Source: Solirubrobacterales bacterium (GTDB lineage Bacteria > Actinomycetota > Thermoleophilia > Solirubrobacterales > 70-9). From it: 64,000 nucleotides of DNA. The notes under the pieces are model-generated. The model was not told the DNA's origin, searched no databases, and saw only the letters and a program-made list of their open reading frames with translations. Positions within the stretch are counted from its first letter, which is position 1. Each line of letters opens with the position of its first letter. This document shows, in pieces, positions 1 through 9,768 of the stretch. The position numbers and the translations under genes are program-made. The DNA lies in NCBI GenBank assembly GCA_045805725.1, contig JBJMKQ010000069.1:8813-72812 (forward strand), read 5' to 3'.

Positions 1-284
1 GCCATCCCCGCCTCGGCCTCGGGGTGCGCCATCCGCTGGTAGGCGACCGGGGCCACCAGCACCGGCATCGACACCGGCTTCCCCAGCACCTCCACCGCCG
101 TCGAGACCTCGCGCACGTCGTTCAGCACCCGTGGCCGCAACCGCCACCGCTCCCACCCCTCGACGTTCTCCCGCAGCGTCACCTCGTCCCCCGCCCCGCC
201 GGCGAAGTAATCCCGCGGCCCCTGCTCGAGCTTCTCGGCGGCGAGCCGCGCGAAATCGGCGACGTTGATCGGCCCGCTCTCCAC
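1..284 (-). CDS. FMN-dependent alpha-hydroxy-acid dehydrogenase/oxidase (LldD / glycolate oxidase family), 5' part only; gene runs off the window start
   Basis: Own minus-strand translation from GTG at 282-284: VESGPINVADFARLAAEKLEQGPRDYFAGGAGDEVTLRENVEGWERWRLRPRVLNDV...PVLVAPVAYQRMAHPEAE, the conserved N-terminus of the FMN_dh family. Not in the ORF track because it has no stop inside the window. Confidence 0.6.
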   Translation of the reverse strand, partial: MESGPINVADFARLAAEKLEQGPRDYFAGGAGDEVTLRENVEGWERWRLRPRVLNDVREVSTAVEVLGKPVSMPVLVAPVAYQRMAHPEAEAGM

Positions 285-301
285 GGGCGCGACCCTAGCG
301 C

Positions 302-1576
302 TCAGCGACGGTGCCGGTGCGACTTCGGGATCTTGAAACGGGCGACGGCCGGCGTGCGGTCGGCATTGCCGGCGATGTCCACTGCCGCGACCCGGACCGT
401 GTGCCCGCCCGGCTTCAAGCGCCTGTAGCTCCTGGGCGACCCGCAGGGTTTGAAATCCCCCTTGTCCAACTGACAGAGGAACCCCTGCGCCGGCTCGGAG
501 GCGGAGAACCAGAACTTCGCCGTGCGGGTGGCGGCGCGGAGCGTGCTGTGGTCGATCGTCGTCTGAGGGGCGGTCGTGTCGGGCCCCCGCGGCGTCGGTT
601 CGAAGGGATTGGGGGTTTCCGTGTCCTTTCGCGGCAGGGTTGCGGAGATCAAGAGGTCGAATGCGCCCATCCGGGGTTCGGTCATCCCGCTTTCAAGTTG
701 GCCGTAGACGTCGATCCAATACTCGGTGCCCCCGACCAGGCTGGCTTCCGCGGACCCGTTCGCCGCCAACATCTCATGTTCGATGCCGAAGGACCCGCCG
801 ACGAAGAGGGCCCAATTGAGCCCACTGCCGCAGCAGGGCCCGGTTAGGCGGTAGGTCCCCGTCTGGGGTGCCGTCCATCGGTACCACACGGAGCTGGCGG
901 GGCCGGCGCCGAAGGTGAACTCGTCGGGCTCCGTCGTCGCGTTCCAGTTGTAGCCCTGCGTGAAGAGCCCGTAGAAGCGATCTCCGCCGGGTTCTTCGGT
1001 TACCGGCGCTGCCAAGATCGTCGCGTTCGCGAAGTTGTCGTTGGGAGGCGGTGGGGTTTTCTCGATCGCCAGGGTGAAGCTGCCGATGACCGGAGGTGGC
1101 GGACCTTCGGGAGTCGGAATCGATTGGCCGTCGACCCGGATCACATAGTTCGTCGGACCGCTCGCATGGAAGGTGTACTGACGCTGATTGCGGCAGTCGG
1201 GCCCTTCCGCCGCCATGCCGTTGACGACGCGAGTCAGATTGCCGACTTCGGTGCCGGTGAAGACCCCGGCAATCGCGGCGAAATCGCTGTCGCAGACCCC
1301 GACGGTGAACCAGCCGCTGCTCGTCGCTTCCCATTCAAACCAAACCGAATGTCCTGCTTCCAACCCAGAGACCGTCTCTCCAGGCTCGGTTCCGGCTTCG
1401 ATGTTCGATCCCGACTGCAGTATCGGTAGCAGCCCGCTGAGTTCCTGCGCATTCGCAAAGTCGTCATTCGACGGCGCCGCCGCGAACGCGTTTGCCGGGA
1501 TCGCGCAAAGCGCGACCATCAGCGCCAAGACGACCTTTGTCCCCCCCTTCATGCGCATCAGCCTACTTTCCATCAC
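302..1576 (-). CDS. secreted protein of unknown function: signal peptide, two tandem beta-rich domains each opening with P-x-ND-x-FANA, C-terminal Ig-like segment with basic tail
   Basis: 424-aa ORF with signal-like KGGTKVVLALMVALCAIPANAFA. Internal duplication (APSNDDFANAQEL... and PPPNDNFANATIL...). Start ambiguous (GTG 1576, ATG 1573, 1558 or 1552). Confidence 0.65.
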   Translation of the reverse strand: MMESRLMRMKGGTKVVLALMVALCAIPANAFAAAPSNDDFANAQELSGLLPILQSGSNIEAGTEPGETVSGLEAGHSVWFEWEATSSGWFTVGVCDSDFAAIAGVFTGTEVGNLTRVVNGMAAEGPDCRNQRQYTFHASGPTNYVIRVDGQSIPTPEGPPPPVIGSFTLAIEKTPPPPNDNFANATILAAPVTEEPGGDRFYGLFTQGYNWNATTEPDEFTFGAGPASSVWYRWTAPQTGTYRLTGPCCGSGLNWALFVGGSFGIEHEMLAANGSAEASLVGGTEYWIDVYGQLESGMTEPRMGAFDLLISATLPRKDTETPNPFEPTPRGPDTTAPQTTIDHSTLRAATRTAKFWFSASEPAQGFLCQLDKGDFKPCGSPRSYRRLKPGGHTVRVAAVDIAGNADRTPAVARFKIPKSHRHRR

Positions 1577-1584
1577 ACAAGATC

Positions 1585-1667
1585 CCAGTGTCCGCTTTTT
1601 TCGCTATGGGCAACAAAAGCGACACTGGAATGTTGCGCAATGGGAGAGGGCCCAGACGCCCCCTCCC
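1585..1667 (-). terminator. two GC-rich stem-loops between the hppA stop and the next gene start (candidate hppA terminator / 5' UTR structure)
   Basis: GGGAGAGGG (1642-1650) pairs with CCCCCTCCC (1659-1667, one mismatch) about 11 nt after the hppA stop. CCAGTGTCCGCTTTT (1585-1599) pairs with AAAAGCGACACTGG (1615-1628), 14 bp with one bulge. No clear U tract. Confidence 0.3.
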
Positions 1668-1678
1668 ACAACCGAATC

Positions 1679-3760
1679 TCAGAACTTGACGATCGGGATG
1701 ATCAGGATGGCGACGATGTTGGCTACCTTGATCATCGGGTTGATCGCCGGGCCGGCGGTGTCCTTGTAGGGATCGCCGACGGTGTCCCCGGTCACCGAGG
1801 CGGCGTGGGCCTCGGAGCCCTTGCCGCCGTGGGCGCCGTCCTCGATCAGCTTCTTCGCGTTGTCCCAGGCGCCACCGCCGGCGGTCATCGAGATCGCCAT
1901 GAAGAGGCCGACGACGATCACGCCGATCAGCAGGCCGCCAAGCGCGTCGACGCTGAGCAGGCCGACGATCACCGGTACCACGATCGGGATCAGCGCCGGC
2001 AGGATCATCTCTTTCTGGGCGGCGGCCGTGACGATGCTGACCGTTTCCCCGTACTCGGGTTTTTCCGTCCCCTCCATGATCCCGGGGTGCTCGCGGAACT
2101 GTTTGCGCACCTGCTCGACGACCTGGCCGCCGGCCCGGCCGACCGCCTCGATCGCGAAGGCCGAGAACAGGTAGACCATCATCCCGCCGATGATCAGCCC
2201 GATCAGCACGTCGGGGCTGGTCAGGTGGAAGAGGCCGTTGAGGTCGAACCCCGCCGGGGCCTCGTCGGCCAATTCGCTGCGGAAGGCGGCGAACAGGACC
2301 AGCGCCGCGAGGGCGGCGGAGCCGATCGCGTAGCCCTTGGTCACCGCCTTGGTCGTGTTGCCGACCGCGTCGAGCGGGTCGGTGACGTTTCGGACCTCCT
2401 CCGGCAGCTCCGCCATCTCGGCGATGCCGCCGGCGTTGTCGGTGATCGGCCCGAAGGCGTCGAGGGCGACGATCAGGCCGCAGAGCGAGAGCTGGGCGAC
2501 GACGGCGATGCCGATCCCGTAGATCCCCGCCAGCTCGTTGGCGCCGAGGATCGCGAAGGCGATCACGAGCGCCGGCAGGGCGGTCGACTGGTAGCCCTGG
2601 GAGAGCCCCTGGATGATGTTCGTCGCGTGCCCCGTCTCCGAGGCGTCGGCAATCGACTTCACCGGTCGGAATCGGGTCGACGTATAAAATTCGGTGATCC
2701 CGAACAGCAGCGCGGTGACGGCAACCCCGATCACGGCGCAAAGCCAGAGGTCGCTGACGCTGACCGCCTGGGCCGCGGTGTCGGCGAAGCCGAGTCGCAC
2801 CGGTTCGCTCATCAGCCAGTCGGTGATCGGGTAGAACGCCGCGATCGAGAGGACGCCGGAGATCAGCAGCCCGATGTACAGCGCGCCCTCGACCCGGTCG
2901 GTCTTCGTCCGTACGCAGAGCGCCCCGATGATCGAGGCGATGATCGCGATGCCGCCGAGCACCAGCGGGTAGATCGCCACCTCGCGCGCGTATTCGCCGG
3001 TGAAGGTGAGGACGCCGAGCAGCATCACCGCCACCGTGGTGACCGCATAGGTCTCGAACAAGTCGGCTGCCATGCCGGCGCAGTCCCCGACGTTGTCGCC
3101 GACGTTGTCGGCGATCACGGCCGGGTTGCGGGGATCGTCCTCGGGAATCCCCGCCTCGACCTTGCCGACCAGGTCGGCGCCGACGTCGGCGGCCTTGGTG
3201 AAGATGCCGCCGCCGAGACGGGCGAAGACCGAGATCAGCGAGCCGCCGAAGCCGAGGCCGATCAGCGCGTCGACGGCCTCCTTGTCGCTGCTGCCGGTGA
3301 TGACCAGGATCCCGTAGTAGCCGGCGACGCCGAGTAGCGCCAGCCCGACCACGAGCAGGCCGGTGACAGAGCCGCCTTTGAAGGCGACGTCGAGCGCCGG
3401 CGGGACGCCGCCGCGGGCGGCCTCGGCGACGCGGGCGTTGGCCCGCACCGAGACGTTCATCCCGATGAAGCCGGTCGCGCCCGAGAGGGTGGCGCCGATG
3501 ATGAACCCGATCGCGGTCTTGTAGTCCTGCAGGACCAGCAGCAGCACCGCGATCGGCACCGCGACCGCGGCGATAATCGCGTACTGGCGATTGAGGTAGG
3601 CCTGGGCCCCTTCCTGCACAGCGCCAGAGATTTCGCGCATCCGCTCGTTGCCCGGCGACTTCGCGAGCAGGCGCTGGGTGACGATGAGTCCGTAGACAAC
3701 GGCGGCGCCCGCGCAGACGAGCGCGACGACCACACCGTATTCGGTCAAAAAGTCGGTCAA
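1679..3760 (-). CDS. hppA: membrane-bound ion-translocating pyrophosphatase
   Basis: 693-aa polytopic ORF carrying the H+-PPase signature [45 protein letters not shown]. Confidence 0.95.
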   Translation of the reverse strand: MTDFLTEYGVVVALVCAGAAVVYGLIVTQRLLAKSPGNERMREISGAVQEGAQAYLNRQYAIIAAVAVPIAVLLLVLQDYKTAIGFIIGATLSGATGFIGMNVSVRANARVAEAARGGVPPALDVAFKGGSVTGLLVVGLALLGVAGYYGILVITGSSDKEAVDALIGLGFGGSLISVFARLGGGIFTKAADVGADLVGKVEAGIPEDDPRNPAVIADNVGDNVGDCAGMAADLFETYAVTTVAVMLLGVLTFTGEYAREVAIYPLVLGGIAIIASIIGALCVRTKTDRVEGALYIGLLISGVLSIAAFYPITDWLMSEPVRLGFADTAAQAVSVSDLWLCAVIGVAVTALLFGITEFYTSTRFRPVKSIADASETGHATNIIQGLSQGYQSTALPALVIAFAILGANELAGIYGIGIAVVAQLSLCGLIVALDAFGPITDNAGGIAEMAELPEEVRNVTDPLDAVGNTTKAVTKGYAIGSAALAALVLFAAFRSELADEAPAGFDLNGLFHLTSPDVLIGLIIGGMMVYLFSAFAIEAVGRAGGQVVEQVRKQFREHPGIMEGTEKPEYGETVSIVTAAAQKEMILPALIPIVVPVIVGLLSVDALGGLLIGVIVVGLFMAISMTAGGGAWDNAKKLIEDGAHGGKGSEAHAASVTGDTVGDPYKDTAGPAINPMIKVANIVAILIIPIVKF

Positions 3761-3869
3761 GTTCGTATTCCTCCGGTGGTTTTCGGCGGCGCGGGAGTCT
3801 ATAGACGAAGCCGGCGACGAGCGCCCAGGCCCGCTCTGGATGCTCGATTACCCGCCTCTTGGCACTTGG

Positions 3870-5039
3870 TTACGCCGACTGCCGGGCGTGCTCGGCCCCG
3901 GAGTAGGTGCGCCGCGTCTCCGCAACCGCGTCGCGGTAGACGTCCTCGATCGAGATGCCGGAGTCGAGCGCCTCCCGGGCCCGCTGGGCTCCGTTGCGCT
4001 CGGGCAGCGCCACGTCGATCCCGAGCCGCGCCCGCGCCGGCTCGCTCCAGACCAGCACCTGCTCGAGGAGGGAGCGGGTCGGGACCTCCTCGCCGCCGCG
4101 CCGGAAGTCGATCATCCGCCCGCCCGCGCCGTGGCGGATCGCCCGCCAGAGGTTCTCCTCGATCTCGCGGTCCGCCAGCGGCGGCCCCTTGCCCTCGTAG
4201 CCGTGCTCGTCGTAGTCAAGCGCGGCCTGGGCAACGCAGGCCGCGATCAGCCCCGCCAGGGCAAACGACTCGTCCCCCCGCGTCTGCGCGTCGCAGATCC
4301 GCACCTCGACCGTCCCGAAGCTGTGGTGCGGCCGCACGCTCCACCACAGCTGCGTCGATTCGACCACCGAGCCGGCCCGCTGCAGCGTCTCCACGAAACT
4401 GGCGTAGCTGGCCCAGTCGAGGAACGGCGAGGGGACGCCGCAGCGTGGGAAGGTGCGGGTGAAGATCTCGCTGCGGACACTGTGCAGGCCGGTGTCGCGG
4501 CGGTCGAGGAAGGGCGAGTTGGCCGAGACCGCGAGCAGCAGCGGCAGCAGCTCCCGCAGACGGTCGCAGACGGCGATCGCCCGGTCGGCGCCGCGGACGC
4601 CCATGTGCAGGTGCAGGCTCCAGGTGTTGTTGCGCTGCGCGACCCAGCCCAGTTCCTGCCGCAGCCGGCTGTAGTGCGGGGTGTCGATGATCCGCTGGTC
4701 GAGGTAGTCGGCCCAGGGGTGCGTCCCCATCGCCCCCAACGTCAACCCCAGCCCGCCGACCACCTCGAACAGCCGCGACCGTCGCTGGCGCTGGCTCTCG
4801 ACCGCCTCGGCGAAGGTCTCGGCGCGTCCGGAGCGGATCTCGACCTCGGCCGCGATCAGCTCCCCCGCCGCCGCCTCCGCCAACACCTCGTCCCGCCGGC
4901 AGGCGGCGATCACGTCCTCGAAGCGGTGCTCCAGCTCCAGCGTCCGCGGGTCGAGGATCGCGAACTCCTCCTCGAGGCCGATCGTGAAGTCCTGCGAGGA
5001 CTCGAACTTCTCGCGGGCGAGATCGAGGTCGATGGCCAT
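3870..5039 (-). CDS. carboxylate-amine ligase, glutamate-cysteine ligase family 2 (YbdK-like)
   Basis: 389-aa ORF. N-terminus FTIGLEEEFAILDP and overall length are typical of the GCS2 family. Confidence 0.85.
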   Translation of the reverse strand: MAIDLDLAREKFESSQDFTIGLEEEFAILDPRTLELEHRFEDVIAACRRDEVLAEAAAGELIAAEVEIRSGRAETFAEAVESQRQRRSRLFEVVGGLGLTLGAMGTHPWADYLDQRIIDTPHYSRLRQELGWVAQRNNTWSLHLHMGVRGADRAIAVCDRLRELLPLLLAVSANSPFLDRRDTGLHSVRSEIFTRTFPRCGVPSPFLDWASYASFVETLQRAGSVVESTQLWWSVRPHHSFGTVEVRICDAQTRGDESFALAGLIAACVAQAALDYDEHGYEGKGPPLADREIEENLWRAIRHGAGGRMIDFRRGGEEVPTRSLLEQVLVWSEPARARLGIDVALPERNGAQRAREALDSGISIEDVYRDAVAETRRTYSGAEHARQSA

Positions 5040-5048
5040 CGGGCGACG

Positions 5049-5717
5049 CTAGGCGAGATAGAAGTAGAGCGCGTAGAGCAGGTCGACCGCGGGGCTCGAG
5101 GTGTGCACGGTCACCTCCGGCGGCACCTGCAGCAGCTGCTCGGAGTAGTTGAAGATGATCTTGACCCCCGCCTTGACGAGCCGGTCGGCGACGTCCTGGG
5201 CCGCGTCCGCGGGCACCGCCAGCACCCCGACGACGATCTCCTCGTCGGCGACCGCCGCCGGCAGGTCGCCGATGTCGCGGACGGCCAGCTCGCCGATCTG
5301 GTTGCCGACGACGGTCGGGTCGGTGTCGAAGATCGCGACGACCTGGAAGCCGTGGTCGGCGAAGATCGGCGAGCGGGCAATCGCCTGGCCGAGGTTGCCC
5401 GCGCCGAAGAGGGCGATGTTGTGCTGGCCGGAGGTGCGGAGGATCTTGCGGATCTCCGACACCAGCGAGTCGACGTTGTATCCGACCCCCCGCTTGCCGA
5501 ACTTGCCGAAGCCGGAGAGATCGCGGCGGATCTGGGTCGGGTTGATGTGGGTGTACTCGGAGAGCTCCTGCGAGGAAATCGTCTCGCGGCCCATCTTCCG
5601 CGCCTGCGTCAGCACCTGCAGATAGCGGGAGAGCCGGGCCGCGACCCCCAGCGAGAGGCGCTCGCCTTCGACCGGGAAAGCCCCGGCGGCGCCGATCTCC
5701 TCGATCACCTCGACCAT
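5049..5717 (-). CDS. rex: redox-sensing transcriptional repressor Rex
   Basis: Track ORF 5049..6200 is an Arg-rich over-extension. From ATG 5717 the product has the Rex winged helix (RLSRYLQVLT...ISSQELSEYTHINPTQIRRDLSGFGKFGKRGVGY) and a Rossmann GAGNLGQA motif. Confidence 0.9.
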   Translation of the reverse strand: MVEVIEEIGAAGAFPVEGERLSLGVAARLSRYLQVLTQARKMGRETISSQELSEYTHINPTQIRRDLSGFGKFGKRGVGYNVDSLVSEIRKILRTSGQHNIALFGAGNLGQAIARSPIFADHGFQVVAIFDTDPTVVGNQIGELAVRDIGDLPAAVADEEIVVGVLAVPADAAQDVADRLVKAGVKIIFNYSEQLLQVPPEVTVHTSSPAVDLLYALYFYLA

Positions 5718-5962
5718 GCCCCCACAGTATCGAGCCTTGCTTTCACCGCGGCGCGGTCGAGGATCAGCTCCGAGACCTCGATCCCGTCGACCTCGACCAC
5801 CGGAATCCGCTCCAGGTAGCGCCGCAGCAGCAGCTCGTGGCTCTCGATGTCGACCTCGTGCAGGTCGAACCGGTAGCCCTCCTCGCGCATCGCGACCAAC
5901 TGTTCGAGCGCCTCCTCGCAGAGGTGACAGCCCGGCCGGCTGTAGAGGACGACGGCGGCCAC
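5705..5962 (-). CDS. glutaredoxin-like small redox protein (CxxC)
   Basis: 85-aa ORF, VVLYSRPGCHLCEEA motif, GTG start; its 3' end overlaps the rex start by 13 nt. Confidence 0.7.
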   Translation of the reverse strand: MAAVVLYSRPGCHLCEEALEQLVAMREEGYRFDLHEVDIESHELLLRRYLERIPVVEVDGIEVSELILDRAAVKARLDTVGAWSR

Positions 5963-5965
5963 GGC

Positions 5966-6976
5966 TCAATGCGCGACGGCGGTCTTCTGGCCGCTGGCGA
6001 AGGCGTCGTAGCCGAGGTAGTCGGGGTACCCGATTGCGGTCGCGTAACGGGCGGCGGAGCCGATCATCGCCGCATTGTCGGTACAGAGGGCGATCGGGAC
6101 CAGCTTCAGCCGTACCCCCATCTCCTCGCAGAGCGCCGCCACCGCTTCGCGCAAGGGGCCGTTGGCGGCGACGCCGCCGCCGAGGGCGACGGCATCCCAC
6201 CCGCCCTTCTTCAGCGCCCGTTTCAGCTTCGTCCGCAGCTGCTCGACCACGGCCGCCTGGAAGGAGGCGGCGAGGTCGGCGCGCCGCTCGGCCACCCCCT
6301 CGGGGCCGAGATCGCGACAGCGGTAGAGCACCGCCGTCTTCAGGCCGCTGAAGCTGAGGTCGAGCCCGGGGTCGCGGGTCATCGCCACCGGCATCTCGAA
6401 CGCCTCCGGGTCGCCCCTCTCCGCCTCGCGCTGGACCGCGGGACCACCCGGGTAGCCGAGGCCCAGCAGGCGCGCCGACTTGTCGAACGCCTCCCCGGCG
6501 GCGTCGTCGAGCGTCTGACCGAGCAGCTCGTAGCCGTGGTGGTCGCGGACGCCGGCCACGAGGGTGTGGCCGCCGCTGGCGATCAGGCAGAGAAACGGCG
6601 GCTCCAGCGGCTCGGGCTCGAGGAAGTTGGCGGCGACGTGGCCCTGCAGGTGGTCGACCGGGATCAGCGGAAGGCGGCGCCCCGCGGCGATCCCCTTGGC
6701 AGCGCTGATCCCGACCAGCAGAGCCCCGATCAGACCGGGACCGGCCGTCGCGGCGACCGCCTCGACGTCGTCCAGCGTGACTCCCGCCTCCCGCAGGGCC
6801 GCCTCGACCACCGGCTCGACTAGCTCGAGGTGGTGGCGCGCAGCCACCTCCGGCACGACGCCGCCGAAGCCCTCGTGGGCGGCGGCCTGCGAGGAGATCA
6901 CGTTGCTGAGGACGCGCGGTCCGTCGAGCACCGCGGCGCAGGTGTCGTCGCAGCTGGTCTCTATCGCGAGCAGCAC
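5966..6976 (-). CDS. tsaD: tRNA N6-adenosine threonylcarbamoyltransferase
   Basis: 336 aa. MLLAIETSCDDTCAAVL N-terminus and overall Kae1/TsaD pattern. Confidence 0.95.
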   Translation of the reverse strand: MLLAIETSCDDTCAAVLDGPRVLSNVISSQAAAHEGFGGVVPEVAARHHLELVEPVVEAALREAGVTLDDVEAVAATAGPGLIGALLVGISAAKGIAAGRRLPLIPVDHLQGHVAANFLEPEPLEPPFLCLIASGGHTLVAGVRDHHGYELLGQTLDDAAGEAFDKSARLLGLGYPGGPAVQREAERGDPEAFEMPVAMTRDPGLDLSFSGLKTAVLYRCRDLGPEGVAERRADLAASFQAAVVEQLRTKLKRALKKGGWDAVALGGGVAANGPLREAVAALCEEMGVRLKLVPIALCTDNAAMIGSAARYATAIGYPDYLGYDAFASGQKTAVAH

Positions 6977-6983
6977 GGGGGCC

Positions 6984-7454
6984 TCAGTCGAGCCACATGA
7001 TCAGCGCGTCCTCGCCGTTGTCGTGGTAATAGCGAGGACGCACCCCGGCGGAGCGGAACCCGAAGCGTTCGTACATGCCGATCGCGCGGTGGTTGGAGAC
7101 CCGCACCTCGAGGGTGAACGGCAGCTTCCCCTGCGACTCCTCGAGCAGGCGGCGCATCAGCTGGCCGGCGACGCCGCTCTCCCTGTGCTCGGGCGCGACG
7201 GCGATGTTCATCAGGTGCCAGACCTGGTCATAGCGGGAGCAGACGACATAGCCCAGCAGCTCCCCGCCGGTACCGGCGGCCAGACAGATCCCCGAGGGCT
7301 TGGAGAGCTCGAGCACGAACATCGCCAGCGACCATGGGGTCGGGAACGAGCGGCGCTCGATCGAGATCACCGCCGGCAGGTCGCTGTAGGCGAGCCGGCG
7401 GACCTCGACCTCCTGGTTCAGCTCATCCGGCCTTTTGGAAAGCGTCTCGCTCAC
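6984..7454 (-). CDS. rimI: ribosomal-protein-alanine N-acetyltransferase (GNAT)
   Basis: Track ORF trimmed to GTG 7454. RRLAYSDLPAVISIERRSFPTPWS and GNAT core QLMRRLLEE; located between tsaB and tsaD as usual. Confidence 0.8.
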   Translation of the reverse strand: MSETLSKRPDELNQEVEVRRLAYSDLPAVISIERRSFPTPWSLAMFVLELSKPSGICLAAGTGGELLGYVVCSRYDQVWHLMNIAVAPEHRESGVAGQLMRRLLEESQGKLPFTLEVRVSNHRAIGMYERFGFRSAGVRPRYYHDNGEDALIMWLD

Positions 7455-8163
7455 GCCACCGCTCCGCGTCTGGGGGTCTGAGGTAGATCGGGGCGAGCCC
7501 GCCGTTATCCGCCTCCGCCGCCGTCGTCGCCGCGAGGGCACAGACGTGCCGCGCGGCGATCCGGTGCACGGGGTCGGAATCGTCCGCTATGCGAACGCCG
7601 TCTCGGACCAGCTCCTGGCGAAATCGTACCGCGCCGGAGCCGGCAACCGACGGCGTTTCCTCCAGCGCGGCAACCCGCCCGGCCAGCTCCTCCGGCCGGT
7701 AGACGGCCGGCTCCCACAGCCGCTCCCCGTCAGGCGCATAGAGCGCGGCGAAGACCTCCCCGTGCCAGCCGTCGAGCACCGCCAGCGCCGGGCTGTTCCC
7801 TTTGGCCGCTCTGCCGCCATGAGGAACAGCGGAGCGGGCCTCGAGGATCCCGCGCGCGAGAGCGTCGAGGGTGCAGACACCGCGGGCGGGCAGCCCGAGG
7901 CCGACGCCGAGGCCATGTGCCGTGGCGATCCCGATCCGCAGCCCGGTGAAGGTGCCGGGACCCAGTCCGACCCCGAGCAGGTCGACCGCCGCCCAGCCGC
8001 CGGCGGCTTCGGCCGCCCGCTCGACCTCGGTGAGCAGGCCGGTCGCGTGCCGGGGCCTGCCCTGCGCGGATAGCCCCAGCTGCGACTCGTGCAGAACCTC
8101 CCCGTCGCGCCAGGCGCAGGCGACGGTGTCGACGGTTGCGGTATCGAAGCCGACGACGATCAG
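7423..8163 (-). CDS. tsaB: tRNA threonylcarbamoyladenosine biosynthesis protein TsaB
   Basis: The track shows only the C-terminal 118 aa from an internal ATG. My translation of the same frame upstream gives LIVVGFDTATVDTVACAWRDGEVL...GVGLGPGTFTGLRIGIATAHGL, the TsaB N-terminal domain. The frame is closed by TGA at 8179-8181 and has no ATG/GTG/TTG before the domain, so CTG 8163 or ATC 8160 is assumed as the start. Confidence 0.75.
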   Translation of the reverse strand: MIVVGFDTATVDTVACAWRDGEVLHESQLGLSAQGRPRHATGLLTEVERAAEAAGGWAAVDLLGVGLGPGTFTGLRIGIATAHGLGVGLGLPARGVCTLDALARGILEARSAVPHGGRAAKGNSPALAVLDGWHGEVFAALYAPDGERLWEPAVYRPEELAGRVAALEETPSVAGSGAVRFRQELVRDGVRIADDSDPVHRIAARHVCALAATTAAEADNGGLAPIYLRPPDAERWRERDAFQKAG

Positions 8164-8170
8164 GGACGCG

Positions 8171-8545
8171 CTACCCCGTCACCCGGAACGCCCAGGAGCC
8201 GACCTTCTTGCCCCTGACGAACCAGCTGACCACGTGCCTTCCCGGGATCGTCGAGGTGACCTTGTTCACGTAGAGCGTCCCCTGTTCGGCTTCCTGCGCC
8301 TGGGCACAGAGATTTTTGCCGCTCGGGAACCTGACGCAGACGGTGTAGACGACGTCGCCGTTGAGGCTTTTGAAGAAGGCGCCCTTCTTCGCCTTTCTCG
8401 GGCAGGAATGGGCCGGATTCGCGTTGCGGGAGACCCCGCAACCCACATAGTGCTTGTACGCGGCCGCTCCGGCCGTGGCGGGCACCGTGGTTGCCAGCAA
8501 TCCGCTCACCAGCATCAGGGCCGCGAGCGCCTTCAGTCCCTTCAT
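8171..8545 (-). CDS. small secreted protein, unknown function
   Basis: 124-aa ORF with signal peptide MKGLKALAALMLVSGLLATTVPATAGA and four Cys in the mature part. It sits inside the tsaE-tsaB cluster. Confidence 0.6.
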   Translation of the reverse strand: MKGLKALAALMLVSGLLATTVPATAGAAAYKHYVGCGVSRNANPAHSCPRKAKKGAFFKSLNGDVVYTVCVRFPSGKNLCAQAQEAEQGTLYVNKVTSTIPGRHVVSWFVRGKKVGSWAFRVTG

Positions 8546-8653
8546 CCGTCCTTGCCTTTCTGATTCGAAATTCCGAGCGTCGATGCTACAAGTTGGCAGC
8601 GCTCTCCCCGGAACACCCTCCGCAGCGGTTCGCTTCGCTTCTCACCGGCGCTC

Positions 8654-9085
8654 CTACCCCTGCCACTCCACTTCTATCCGCCGCCGCTCCTCGCTCAGGT
8701 GGGCGAGACGAACGACCGTCGCCGGGCGCCCGAGCCGCCCCGATCCGGCCTCTGGCCACTCGACGAAGGCGACTCCGTCAGGATCGAGGTAGTCGTCGAG
8801 CAGCGCCGGATCCTCGCCCTCGAGATCGCCGAGCCGGTAGAGGTCGAGGTGGGAGATCGGCACGCGGCCGCCTCCGTAGCGCTGGCCGATCGTGAAGGTG
8901 GGCGAGGTGACCGGGCCGCTGACGCCGAGGGCGCGGCAGGCGCCGCGGATCAGCGTCGTCTTGCCGGCGCCGAGCTCGCCGGAGAGGATGACGACGTCGC
9001 CGGGCCGCAGGCGCTCGGCGAGGCGCGCGCCGAGCGCTTCGGTCTCGGCGGGACCCTCGGACTCGACGACCTCGGCCGCGCTCAT
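8654..9085 (-). CDS. tsaE: tRNA threonylcarbamoyladenosine biosynthesis ATPase TsaE
   Basis: 143 aa, Walker A GELGAGKTTLIRG followed by SPTFTIGQRY. Confidence 0.9.
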   Translation of the reverse strand: MSAAEVVESEGPAETEALGARLAERLRPGDVVILSGELGAGKTTLIRGACRALGVSGPVTSPTFTIGQRYGGGRVPISHLDLYRLGDLEGEDPALLDDYLDPDGVAFVEWPEAGSGRLGRPATVVRLAHLSEERRRIEVEWQG

Positions 9086-9768
9086 CCGAAGAAGCCGAGC
9101 TGGTCGCTGGGCGGCGGCGGCCCGGCGCCCTCGTCCGCGTCAGCCTCCGCCAGTTCCTCGGCGCTCGGCGCCGGGGACGGCAGCGGCCGTCGCAGCAGCT
9201 CGGGGAGCGTCTCGAAATCGCCCCGCAGCGTCTCCTTGACGGCGGGCGTCCGCAGCGCCGCGGCGGGATGGAAGAGCGGCAGCAGGTAGACCGCGCGGCC
9301 ACCGAGCTCGTGCACCTGGGGGGTGCCGCGGACCCTGGTGATCCCGGTCGGGCTGCCGCTCAACAGCTTGGTGGCGAAGTTGCCGAGGGTGCAGACGACC
9401 CGCGGCTCGATCAGCTGCACCTGCTGCCAGAGCCACGGCTCGCATGCCTCGATCTCCAGCGGCAGCGGGTCGCGGTTGCCGGGCGGCCGCGACTTCAGCA
9501 CGTTGGCGATGAAGACGTCCTCGCGGGAGAGGCCGATCCCTTCCAGCATCTGGTTCAGCAGCTGGCCGGCGCGGCCAACGAACGGCAGCCCCTGGCGGTC
9601 CTCTTCGGCCCCCGGCGCCTCACCGACGAACATCAGGTCGGCATCGGCGTTGCCGGCGCCGAAGACCGCCCTGGCGCGGGTCTCGTGCAGGGGGCATCTC
9701 TCGCACCGCTGCACCTCCTTGTACAGCTCGACCAGCCGCTCCCGCCGCTCCTCCGCGCTCGCGCTCAC
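9082..9768 (-). CDS. uracil-DNA glycosylase, family 4
   Basis: Trimmed to GTG 9768 (GTGA overlap with the upstream stop). [30 protein letters not shown] and HPAAALR motifs. ATGA overlap with tsaE. Confidence 0.85.
   Translation of the reverse strand: MSASAEERRERLVELYKEVQRCERCPLHETRARAVFGAGNADADLMFVGEAPGAEEDRQGLPFVGRAGQLLNQMLEGIGLSREDVFIANVLKSRPPGNRDPLPLEIEACEPWLWQQVQLIEPRVVCTLGNFATKLLSGSPTGITRVRGTPQVHELGGRAVYLLPLFHPAAALRTPAVKETLRGDFETLPELLRRPLPSPAPSAEELAEADADEGAGPPPPSDQLGFFG

Noticed and set aside
24-428. 134-aa plus-strand ORF at the window start.
   Set aside because: It is antisense to the FMN-dependent dehydrogenase N-terminus (clear family match on the minus strand) and to the 3' end of the secreted-protein gene, and its sequence is His/Arg/Pro-rich.
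1642-1667. GGGAGAGGGCCCAGACGCCCCCTCCC after hppA, and the GGGGGCGAGTCC / GAGTCGCGCCC segments around 39141-39228, considered as further diverged members of the hairpin family because they share GGAGAGGG, CAGAC or GGGGGCGAG strings.
   Set aside because: The shared strings are under 10 nt of G/C-rich sequence and the conserved loop is absent. This cannot be distinguished from chance without a genome-wide model.
5049-6200. Over-long track ORFs implying large N-terminal extensions: Rex 383 aa, TrpB 552 aa (45486-47144), Era 467 aa (53463-54866), UDG 306 aa, SLT 333 aa, HisIE 260 aa.
   Set aside because: The extensions are Arg/Pro-rich, overlap the upstream gene's coding sequence, and precede internal starts that restore canonical family N-termini, often with ATGA/GTGA coupling. 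All were trimmed.
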